Shown piece by piece: positions 53,512 to 64,000 of a stretch of 64,000 nucleotides of DNA. The notes under the pieces are model-generated. The model searched no databases. It saw only the letters and a list, made by a program, of their open reading frames with translations, and was not told the origin of the DNA. Made by a program: the position numbers and the translations under genes. Numbering within the stretch: the stretch's first letter is position 1; every line of letters begins with the position of its first letter. This stretch comes from Euglena gracilis (taxonomy: Eukaryota): positions 24,750,954 to 24,814,953 of the forward strand of contig CP154954.1 in assembly GCA_039621445.1 (NCBI GenBank). The letters are read 5' to 3'.

Positions 53512-53745
53512 AACCCGCCCCCCCTAATAGAAGCACGGGGCCGCTACAAGCGCAGGGAATAAATAAAAGCGCACCCCCCGCCGCCGAAGGCGGCGGTCCA
53601 CTACAAGCGCACCCCCATTTTGATGGGATTTCGAAAGGAAATCAACAAAAGTCGCACAGGTAGGGTCCAAATAGAAGCGCACCCCCGCCGCCGGAGGCGG
53701 CAGTCCGCTATAAGCGCACCCGTGCTTCTATTAGGGAGCAGGGTT
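53512..53745. mobile_element. MITE-like element
   Basis: TIR AACCC..CCCTAATAGAAGCACGGG / CCCGTGCTTCTATTAGGG..GGGTT with internal AAGCGCACCC subrepeats. A similar AATAGAAGC/GCTTCTATT pair occurs at ~7369-7760. Confidence 0.65.
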
Positions 53746-55807
53746 TGCTGACCATTCTCACCCTGCATGAAATAACGTCCTGTTTACCACGGGGAGGGGG
53801 CAATTCTTTTTAAGGGCAGAGCACACCGTTAGCAGATGTTTGCGAGGCCCTGCTGATGACGCAAAGAGGGGGACCACGCTGGCGCTGCTAGCAGTCAGGG
53901 CCCCAAATAGTGACTCAGCACACAGGCAGTCTGTTGGTGACGGTTTGATGGAAAACATGGGACCACAAGGACGGTAACCACACCTGCGTCCAGTGAGGAA
54001 ACAACCTCCCGATGTCATTGAATGGTAGACTCCCCCCCGTCGATGCTCTCCAGCCAGAATAAAAACAAAGACGAAAAGTTTCAACACAGGGGGGGGGATG
54101 ATTGCAGCGGAATGAAGCAGCACATACAGATCCTGATATTTGGTCCACTTGGCCCTGCCTGTGGCTAACTTGTCGCATTTTACGTTCTTCAGGCATTATC
54201 AGCAGAGGAATGCAAAACTGAAAAAGAAAATTTTATCAGTCGACTTAAGCTTCTGGGTCACTGAGGTCCCACCGGCGGGATGCCCAAATCATTGCTCAAG
54301 CAAAAAAATTGGCAAAATTAGTTTCGGGGAAACATTGTCAGATATTTTTTGTTGGTGCACGTTCAAAGTCCTTTGCAGGCAATTCGCACATCTCGAAGAC
54401 GATTTGATACAGAGAAACCATGGGAAGCCCTGAACATCTTGCACGGGGGTGTCGCCCACAAATGCCCGGTAAACAACCGTCTCGGGATGATTTGTTATCG
54501 CCACCATCTGCTGCCTCTGTGGTGGCAGTGTTCATGCAGGCACGGTGGTTTCGCTCAATTGGTGGGAACAGCACCTCTGTTTCTAGCGGAAAAAAAATGC
54601 TTCACATGATTAGGAAATAGAAAGCCTCTAAGCAGACACCAACAGAGACGGATTGGGCATCGGAACAGAGCAGTGTGCCCACTGTAATCTGCAACCAAGC
54701 ATTTTTGTTTCAAGGCGCCTTTAAAAAAACAATTCAAAAGAATGCCTTAAAAATACCTTAAACACTTTTTTAAAAAAGAATTTTAAAACCCATTCTGGCA
54801 TTTTTTTGCTCTCCAATTGTGCAAAATCAAAACCGCAACATCTGGACAAAAGAAAAACACGCCACTTGCAGGGGAAAAAATATTTCTGGCATCTCACATT
54901 TTAGATTTTGGACCCCTTTCGATGCCGGGATAGCCCTTGGACTGCCCTTTGAAAATATCACCTGAAAAACCTTAAGACGCCTTAAAACTATGCAAATTTC
55001 GCCTCAAAAAAAATGATGTTATCCATCACACCAGTGCAGGCGCCTCCGGGTCGACGCGTCTGACCTGGTCCGTCATCACCGCTGGCCCAGTGTCATTCCC
55101 CAGCTTTCGGTCAGCAATCCGGACGTGAGGCAGCCACAGCCTCCTCTCCCCGTCCCCTGGCCTCGGGGTCAGAGGCGCTCCTTTTCAAGGCCCAGGAGAC
55201 CTTCAGTGGGTCTGCTGACCTCCGGGAACGGGTGCCGATGTTTTCCCACACCCCCGTGCCCCCGTCGCGGCGGTCGCGGAAATCCAGTGTGTGTTCCAGC
55301 CCCACGGAATGATGCGGAATTCCCCGGCAGACCACGCTTGCACAGCACAGGCTGGAGATGGAGGTCCCCAGCTTCCGAGGGTGGGGTCCGGCAGTGACCA
55401 CCGGGGAGGGCGGGGAGGGGGGGGGAGGGAGAGAGGGGCCTGGCTGGGGCGGGGGCCCGCGGTCGCCCGAGCCGGCGGGGCATGGGTGTGGGCCCGGCGG
55501 GGTCCGCCGCGAGGTCCCTGGCACACCGTTGCCGACAGAGCCCCCTCCCCGGGCCGTCACTTGTGGTCAGTCACGTTTTCCAAACCAGTAATTGACTTCC
55601 TGCCCCCCACCCTGGGGGGGGGGGGGGTTGGTTACTTTGGCTGGCAGAAATGGAGTTTGGCCAAAATCTCCTCAAAATTCCGGCCCCTTCGGCGCTTGGG
55701 TCAGCCGTTTCTGCCTTACCCCTGGGGGGAGGGGCTGGAGCCACAATCCAGTCACTGCGGAAAACCCAGTCAGTCACCCCCCCCCCCGGGGCGGTCGGAC
55801 ACACCTC

Positions 55808-55910
55808 AAGCAATGGCGTGGCCCCCGCCGAGCAGCAGCAGCGCCAGGTAGCTGGCCAGCGTGCAGCAGGCGAAGCCGAGGGCCAGCGCCAGCAGCCGTG
55901 GCAGCGCCAT
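55808..55910 (-). CDS. Probable first exon encoding a signal/anchor peptide (candidate start of the glycosyltransferase-like gene)
   Basis: ATG at 55910 gives MALPRLLALALGFACCTLASYLALLLLGGGHAI. GC-rich coding-like composition. Lies just downstream of the uS17 gene stop on the same strand. Confidence 0.5.
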
Positions 55911-57640
55911 CGGCCCGGCGGCAGGAGCGGGGTGGGCGGGCGGTGGCGGTGGGGGGCGGGGCTGGCCACAGGGCGGGCGGGGCGGCCTATGGGGCGGGGA
56001 CCCCGTGGCGGCGTAGAGCACAGCCCGACAGTACCCCACCCACCCCACACCCCCACAACCCTAATTTGGTGTGTTTTGAAAACCCATTGCTGTCGTATGA
56101 ATACCTCCTTGACACCCTGTTTTTAAAGTTTTTGAACTCGGCCTTCAGCTTTGTCCAGAGTGGGGGTTCCCCAGCCCCCCCCCCAACAAAAATGACGCCA
56201 CCCTTCTCTCTGCAACGGGCGGAAGAGTGTTATTTTGTGTGCCGGTTTATGTTGCCTATTTTGTATTCCTGACTTTGCTGGTGCAGCGTCCGACGGTGAT
56301 GGGTGACATTGGTTATGGCTGATACTCCTCAAGCCTGACTCCATCTCCATACATTCCCCCACAATTCCCACACTTCATTTTGGGAGCTCCACTTTATGCC
56401 ATATGTTCCACATGGTACACAGATAGGAAAAGGTGGGTGATAGGACAAAATTGACCGACTCCCCCATACAGGGCTTTCTCCTCGGCCACTCTGGAATCCC
56501 ATGAAGGGAAAATTGACTACAAACACAAAACAATTTTGCGCCTTCGGCACCAGGTCATTTCAGTATCCCGGTGCCAGTGGCTTTCTCAGTGTTGTTTCAG
56601 TGTTGTTGTTTTTTTGCTGACTGGGGGTCCGGTCAAAAAAAAAACAGACAGTCACTCCAGGGTGAGAGACAAGTCAGCGCCATTCTGGGGGGGGGGGGGC
56701 AGAGCCGACACAGGCCCACCCTGATCGGTCGACCCATCAACCCCAGCCGCGGGGGCGGCTGGGGAGGAACATGCCGATTGGGGTGCAGAGTGGCACTGGG
56801 GGATACAGCAGGTGCGGAGCGGCGTGCTGGTCAACGGTGTTCCAATGCGGCTCTGCCCCTGCACCCATTTTATACATTTTGCTGGAAAATACGACGCTTG
56901 GATACCTCTTGAATTATCTCGAAGTGTGGAACCTTTGTCCATTTTGTTCTCTTCTGGACCTTTTGGATTGTAAACACTTGTACTTACAATTACCTCTGTA
57001 GAATCTGTGGAATCTGTGGATACACGTGTACAGATTCCAAGCTGCACCTCTTGATCAGAGAACATTCAACTTTTGTAACAATGAATCTTGGTTACCAAAC
57101 CTGAATTCATGTGGTTGTTGAATGACACAGGTCTCTTGAGCGTTTGGGCTTATTTGGTGTTGTTTGTGCCCCTGCTTTTCGGGCTTTACGGGAAGACCTG
57201 GTGGAGGGGTCAACCACCAACCACCAACAGCACCACGCCTCCTTCGGCGCCAAATAAAAAAAGTAACCTAAAAAACGGCGCCCCTAGAAACACAGGAAAG
57301 CTTGCTGCCCCCCCCCCCCAGGATGGGGGTGGGGGTGGGGAAAGGGTGGGGGTCAACCTCCCAGCCATCGCACACAGGGTTTCGGTGATTCCCATACAGC
57401 CCTGTGCCCCTGTGTGATAAGCTGTTGTTGAGATCGGGCCGTCCCCCGGAACCACCGCATCGCCGACATCGAAGAGTCATCCGGATTGCACGTCGCCAAC
57501 GAAAAGAACAACACAAACAAGATGAGCCGCGGGGCGACTGTGAGCGTGGTTGCTGTTCGGTGTTATGGGCGGGGGAGGGGGGAGGCCAGCAGGGTCGGCG
57601 GGCAGCGCGGAAGGCGGTGGCCGGACGCCCGGCCGGCACC

Positions 57641-60167
57641 TCAGCCCAGGAGCGGGTACTGGCTCGGAGACCGGAACACGGGCCGCCGTGGCGCCGCCTC
57701 CTGGGCGTCGTGCTCCGCCGCCTCCGCCATGATCCGGGCCCGGATGGCGAGGCGCTCCATCTTGCGCAGCTCCTGCTGCTCCCGCCGGTCCTGGTCCCTC
57801 TGGAGCCCCCTGTGCCGCAATGACAGACGGCCGATGAGTGCAGTGACGAAATATGTCGACAGGGGTCCTGGAGGATGACAGCAAGACAATGGAAAACGAT
57901 GTTCAGTAAGCAGTGCAAAGCAGATAGATACAAAGCAATGCAATCAGGGGCTTTCTTATGGACCCCAGGGCGTGGGAGGGTCCCGCAGGCCAGCTGAAAA
58001 AAGTTGCTGGCTGGACCCCCCCCCCAGGGGGGTTGTGGGGTCCAGCCGGCTGGGAGCTGGACCTGGCGGGTACCCAAAGAAGGCCCCCAAAGCCCGAATT
58101 TTTCAAATTTTCAAAATCTGGAGGTGAAGGCCTCAAAACCACCAAAAATGCCATTTTTTTGGCCATTTTGACCTCTTTTCCCAAATTTTCAGCGCGAAGC
58201 CAATTTTTCCAATTTTTTTATCCAAACTTCGGACCCCCCCCCCCCCGGGGGGATCCGCAGCCCAGCTGGGAGGTGCAGGCAGGAAAAAAGGTGCTGGCTG
58301 GCTGGACCCTCCTGGGGGCAGGGTCCCCTTTGGCTTAAGAAAACCCCTGAATGCAGTATGTCACCATATAAGACAATGCACTGCGTTGTGGTGAAATACA
58401 ATGCAGTACATGCAGACCAATACAATGCAACACACGATGCGATGCGATGCCGTACAATGCAATACAATACAAAAATATTTTTAACGGTGCGTATGTACGC
58501 CACGCAAGCTCACTGTCCCCCCTTTGTCGTTGACACGCCAAAATACAGCAAAAGTGCGGTTGACACGGTGTGGTGTTGTGGACAAATTGTGTCAAGGAAA
58601 GGGGGGAGGTTCCCATAGGGGAGGGGATCGACAGGAAACAGCCCAAACAAAAAACTTCTTCTTAAAATTGTTCCCATGGTCCTTAAGGAAATAAAAAGAA
58701 AAAAACTCCGCTATCCCAGCACACTCAATGAAAAATATACAGGAAAATGGGCAAAGATATTTGTCATTTTTCAAGTTTTCGACGAGAACAGGTCGACATC
58801 AGGAAAAATATTGATTCCTGGCATCCTTGGACCATCACCCATGCACCCAAATAATCAAAAATGTGTTTTTCGACTCTTTAATTTTTGACCCCGTTCAAGT
58901 CCCAGTCCAGCCTTTGGTCGGCCCTTTGGTCGGAAGGGGGAGCGGTCCTTAAAGAAATAAAACAAAAACTGCCTGTCCCTTGAGGACCGCCCTGTTCCTC
59001 GTTCAAATCCCCAATTTTGGAGAGCTTGAAAACTTTGCAAACGAACCGAAACATTAACTCACTGGAACACAATTTGAAAGACCTGGCATTTTTGTCGGTC
59101 CGAAATTGTGCAAACCAATATGACCCATGCCCAACCTCCGCTCAACTTGGTATCATTTGCCCACGGATGGCACACCTGACGTTTGGCCCCACGTCCTTCC
59201 ACACGCCCAGCTGGAGCAGGTGGGGGCTCTCCTGCAAGTACTGGTCCTTGATGGGCTTCAGCACCCGGGAGCGGATGGTGGTGCCGGGGGGCTTCGGGCG
59301 CTTCTTGCTCTTCCTGTACCTGTAGACGCCTGCGGGGGCCGTGGCGGCGTCGTGTATGCGGAAGGGCTGCAACCATGCGAGGACCGCGAAAAGAGCCAGC
59401 TGACGACGCTACTCATCAGCTTCACAAAGAGAGTGACAATGCTTCGAACAACACGGTGGCGGAATATGTCTGCGCTTAAAAATTAGAACCCCAAGTCAAG
59501 ACACGCTGTTGTGGCATCCATGACAATCCAGTCAAGACGCTTTCCAACGTCATGGACCTCTCTGTGTCCTGTAGAAATTGCACTCCCAGCATTGAGGAAT
59601 CACAAGCCCACAGAAGCGTTGGGTGAGTGCGTACTCTCGGGGATGTCGGGTAGCCCCTGCAGGCGACGGAGGCGGGCTTCGAGGTTGGGCTTCACCACGT
59701 AGTCCACGTTGTGCGCCTTCTTGTCCTCCATCTTAGCCACCGCCGTCATGTGGACGATGTCCCCGATGGCCTGAGAGGTCGAGGCTGGTTCGTGGTCAGC
59801 AGATAACACAACGTCCCACGCCATCTGCACCAACTGGCCAAAATTCATTTCATTTCACGAAGAATTCAAAGACAGGGGTGCCTTGCACATTTCCTTTCGC
59901 CTGCAAAGAACAATAGTGGAGGGATCATTCACCTTGTCACCTGGTGCCGAGTCGGGACAAACAAGCTGGAGTATTGCCTCCAAAAAAGGGTGGAAGGTGC
60001 ACCAGCGACTCTGTTTCGTTGTGGGCGCGGATGCGGTTGCTCTTCAGGAACGTGCGGCCGTACTTGGGCCAGTACACAGGACTGTCGCAGGCCACCCAGA
60101 CTGTCTTTGGCGTGATGCGCGAGATCTTGCATACCGTCCCTGCGCACCGACAGAGAACGTCGTGGTA
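57641..60167 (-). CDS. Ribosomal protein uS17-domain protein, divergent, probably mitochondrial; further 5' exons likely up to or beyond the right edge
   Basis: Exons ~60167-60018 and 59791-~59620 join to give CAGTVCKISRITPKTVWVACDSPVYWPKYGRTFLKSNRIRAHN|EPASTSQAIGDIVHMTAVAKMEDKKAHNVDYVVKPN. This fits the S17 pattern G.V.....KTV.V......PKY......AHDE......GD.V. Exons ~59368-59182 and 57818-57641 (stop) give a basic, helical C-terminal extension. Confidence 0.72.
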
Positions 60168-63100
60168 TGGACCAGGATTCGACATAAAGACAGGTGGGGG
60201 TTGAACCCCCTTCACACCCCACCACCTCCAGCTAAATGCCGTACAACCTCCTTGCATCGAAACCTGGTGTGGACCGCCTGCCAAGGCCCAACATGTTCCC
60301 TCTCAGCCAGGTGGAATTCCACCAATCTGGGGGCAGTAGAGAGCCCTGGGATGTGGCAGGCACCCCCTCCCAGGGGGGTCTTGCCTGGTCGTGCAGAGAA
60401 ATCGCAAAAAAGAGCCCGTTTTTCGGCACCGGAGTGCTTGGTCTGAAGACAAGTTGGGCCATGTCCCTGGTAAAGATCTGCCCCCCCCACCCCCGGGTGG
60501 GTCGGGTGCCTTAAAATTCAGCCTGCTCTCGGTGGTTGTCGTCTGAAGGCCTGAAGGGGCGTGTCCCATAGAAGAAGAGGGGGTGAGGGGAGGACGGCAC
60601 CGATCTTCTCGAAGCCGCTGCTGCCCTTCGGCAGCACCAGGCTGAACTCCTTCTTCGCCTGAAACTCCTGGATGCCGCCCCTGAGCGGACGGGTGCCCCC
60701 TGCCCCAGGAAGCTGTGACCCGACAGGCCGCTCAATTCACTGGGTACCTGACATTTCCCAGGTGTGGCATTTGAGGTGGGGATCAGGGGTATTTTGAGAC
60801 TGGGGGGCACCCCCGGGGGGGGGGGGGGCCCGGGGGACCCACTCACTCTCCCCAAAAATGGCCAAAAATCGCGAAAATGCCAAAAATGGCACCTTTTTCA
60901 AAAAAAAATTGGCGCCGAAAAGTATATCCCCCCTCTGGGGAACGGGGGGGGGGGTCGGCCGGACCCACCCGGTGGGGATGTAGACCCAGGTCGAACAGGA
61001 TGATGGGTTGGTGCGTCACGGTATGGGTGATTCTGACAGACCCAATCCATCAAAAAGGTAAATGTTGCTGATTTGGTCGGCAGTATTTCGAATGTCGGGT
61101 GAAACGTTCTGGAAATAAGGATGTGTACCTTCCTTTCTATTATGTAAATGTTGTGATCTTATCTTTTTACAGTCCCAAATGTGGCTCCCTTCCAGGCAAT
61201 TACCTTTGGTGTTACCAGGGGAAGGGGGGTCATTTTGCACTTTTAAAATCTAATCCATGAGAAGCCAGGTGGCCACTTCTATTTTTTTGTCCACGACGAC
61301 TTTGGGGAATGGAAAACCTTCACCCAGAAAAAATCAAAGTAAATTCCACCAGCGCTTTGCACCAGGGACACATGTGGAAAAATCCCACCTAAACTGAACC
61401 TCAAATTTCATTTCGATCCTCACAGACTGGTTTTTTACAACCCAGGGGGGGGGGCTTGCGTATGGGGTGCTGACAATAGCATACCCCCTGGGGGGGGGCC
61501 GGCCCCGGCCGATCCAGGCAACTTGAAAATGGCCCTATTCGAGTCCCAAGGCTCCGTGGGGGGGGGGGGTGCATTTTCACAACTCCTGCAAAATCTAAAC
61601 AACTGAAAAATCCTTTTTTGCTTTCACCTCTTCCACCAGGAGATGTGGACCAATGAAAAAATCCATGGTGCACCAGTTTGGGAGGTTGAGAGATGCAGAT
61701 TGATAGCAGGTGCTTTCAGAGTGTCAACGTGACCGAGTGGTGTGTGCACCGGTTCAGGGCTCACAACCAGACAGCTGGGAAGGGCTCTGAGAGCCAGGGT
61801 TAGAAGACATGCAGAGGGACCTTTTTCAGATAAAAATTAGGGGGTGCATCGACATTTCATGGATATTACAACAGTTGAAACATTTGTGCAGTTGCGCAAA
61901 GGAGTTGCCAAGTCCAGCACGCTGCTTCTGCTTAAGGGTTCACATTACCCCCGCCCCTCCCCCCGGAGGCTCTGCTACTGGCCGGCCGGGGGGGGGGTCA
62001 GCTCCCCATCTCTCAGCATGATTTTTTCCCAGTGGACCCGGTGGTTTTTCCAGTGCATGGACTTTTCCCCTTTTGTGCCCCCCAAAACTCAAAAACTCTT
62101 TTTTTTTTTGAAGCACTGGAATTTTTTTTTGACCTTAAATTTTTTTGCAAATCAAAAAAACATTTTTGGCCTTCAGAAATCAGCCTTCCCATCAAAAATC
62201 TCACTTCCGTTTTTTCCATGATTTTTTCCCAGTCAGCGGGACCCCGGACCCCCCCTCTCCGGGAAGATGGGGGGAGGGTCCAGGAATGGAGGGGGCTGGG
62301 CTGGGCTGGGTCGATGAAAAACAAATTTTATAAAACATTTTTGCCTTCTCGACATTTTGATGGAAGGAGATAGATCAAGGCTGGGGGGCTGTGATGTAGA
62401 AAGCTGTGATGAGAAAAAAATGCAGGGATAGGTGACCTGGGCAGCCCAGTTGGCTGGCCAGCCTGCAGCCGGCTGGCCTGGCCTCTGGCCGGGCTGCGGG
62501 CTGGACCCAACTTTATTTCACTCGACCCCGGGGGGGGCTCCCAGCCCAGATTTGGGCTGCTGGCTGGATTTGAACTGCTGACTGGCTGGACCCCCCCCCG
62601 GGGGATGAGGTCCCCTCTGGCTTAAGAAATCCCTTGTTCTGATATCAAATTTCCCCCCTGTTTTAAATCCTGTTGCGCATGCTCCATCCAGTTGTGAAAC
62701 TGGAGTGACATTTCGAAATCTCACAGCTGAACAAAAAATAGCCATCACATCCCTTTCGTCGGATTCCAGTTTGCGCCGTAAGGGAACACCGGGTGCAAAC
62801 ACAAGTGAATGAAGGGCAAACATCCGAAACACACTCTGAAAAGGGGCTGAACAGAGGCATTTTTAACCAATTCAAAAAGGCTTAGATCCTCAGCCATTGG
62901 AGTGAATCAGTTGGGTCTGTTGTAAAACACTAGAATACAATATACTCTGTTGCAAATTTCCCAATAGGCGACGAAAGGGTGGCAGAACTCCGAACACCCC
63001 CGAACCCGCCATTTCGGTCCTGAAAAGACTGGCCATTGTGGCAGCAGTTGTTACCAGGTGCATACTCTTCGGAGGTGTGAACTTGTCGATCAGCTCCCAG

Positions 63101-64000
63101 GTGGCAGATTGCGCAAGACCACACAGTTGACAGGGTGAACCTTTGGAACTATCCAATGATGTTTTTGTGATTTGAACTGGAACGTTTGAATTCGATAGTT
63201 ATGGGCTATTTTTGGGGGGAGTTTTGAGACGTTTTTTCATTCAAAAAACAAGGCTCAAAAACAGCTTCAAAAGGCCATAAAATCGGAATCGCCTTAGATT
63301 GCGCAATTGCGCAAGGCGAGTCCAGTTTTATGAGCTAAGTGCGAAGTAGCCCAGTTGGTGAGTTGGTGGCAGGCAGGATGGGAGAGTTACGGGGTTTTCG
63401 CCGGTTTGAAACGGTCCGAGTGCCCCTCAGAGTCGGTCCGTGCCACCCACCCACCCACCCACCACCAATTTTGAGATCCTGTTCAGAGTGAAAATGAAAG
63501 CACTTATATTTATTGTATTGCATATGCTTAATCATGATGTAACAAATCGAAATGCACAAACAATCGTGGCCATCACAGATCACGTCAGGCAACAATCCAG
63601 AATGACAGCATACACCAAGGTCTTGCTGATTGTGCCCTTCTTGCCTTTCAGTAGGCGGCTGAGGGGCATGTGCCGCGCCTGGCGCGACATTGCAAAACGG
63701 CCCTGCGGCGGACGGGCCACGGTGGGATTAGGATCAAGCTGAACGGTCCCCAACTCCTTTGTCATCGTTGTTGTGATTGGCTGTTTGGCCAAGGGTCCTG
63801 ACCTCCTTCCTCCTACGGGGCTGTTGATTACCCCCCCCCCAAAAGCGGAATACCCAGACTGTGCAAAAACGTGCCCTCTCAATGCAGCTCATTGCGAATA
63901 TTTGCATCAGTGCCTTTGCAAAAAAGAATTCAGGGTGCCTTCAAAAAAAACAGTGAAGAAAATTGTACAAAATGGTTTAGTCGCTCGGTCACTCAGTTTA

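Overview
Eukaryotic nuclear DNA, most likely a euglenid (Euglena-like). This call rests on the intron type, not on a database match. The ORF track is largely uninformative because the real genes are split into many 18-180 nt exons, all on the minus strand. By hand I reconstructed four genes: (1) the 5' part of an ABHD1-3/YheT-like alpha/beta hydrolase that runs off the left edge; (2) a complete, frame-consistent 22-exon phospholipase B-like (PLBD, Ntn-hydrolase) gene at 26227->8050 (659 aa), with an N-terminal membrane anchor; (3) an uncharacterised DxD-containing, GT-A glycosyltransferase-like gene at >=33822->26783, whose 5' end must lie beyond a satellite array, possibly at the signal-anchor exon at 55910; (4) a divergent uS17 (probably mitoribosomal) gene with long extensions ending at 57641. 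Most introns lack GT-AG ends. They follow the euglenid nonconventional pattern (often CAG at +4..+6 pairing with CTG at -8..-6, extended into a terminal stem). GT-AG, GC-AG and hybrid introns also occur, and one intron has a clean direct-repeat plus terminal-inverted-repeat (TIR) transposon signature. Region 33.9-51.9 kb is a tandem-repeat block: a homogeneous 47-bp satellite (~160 copies, with a 1034-bp higher-order duplication), a degenerate related array, ~760-bp repeats and a 32-bp minisatellite. Introns carry many short TIR elements. I saw no CRISPR array, rRNA or tRNA. All gene models are manual and need RNA-seq confirmation.
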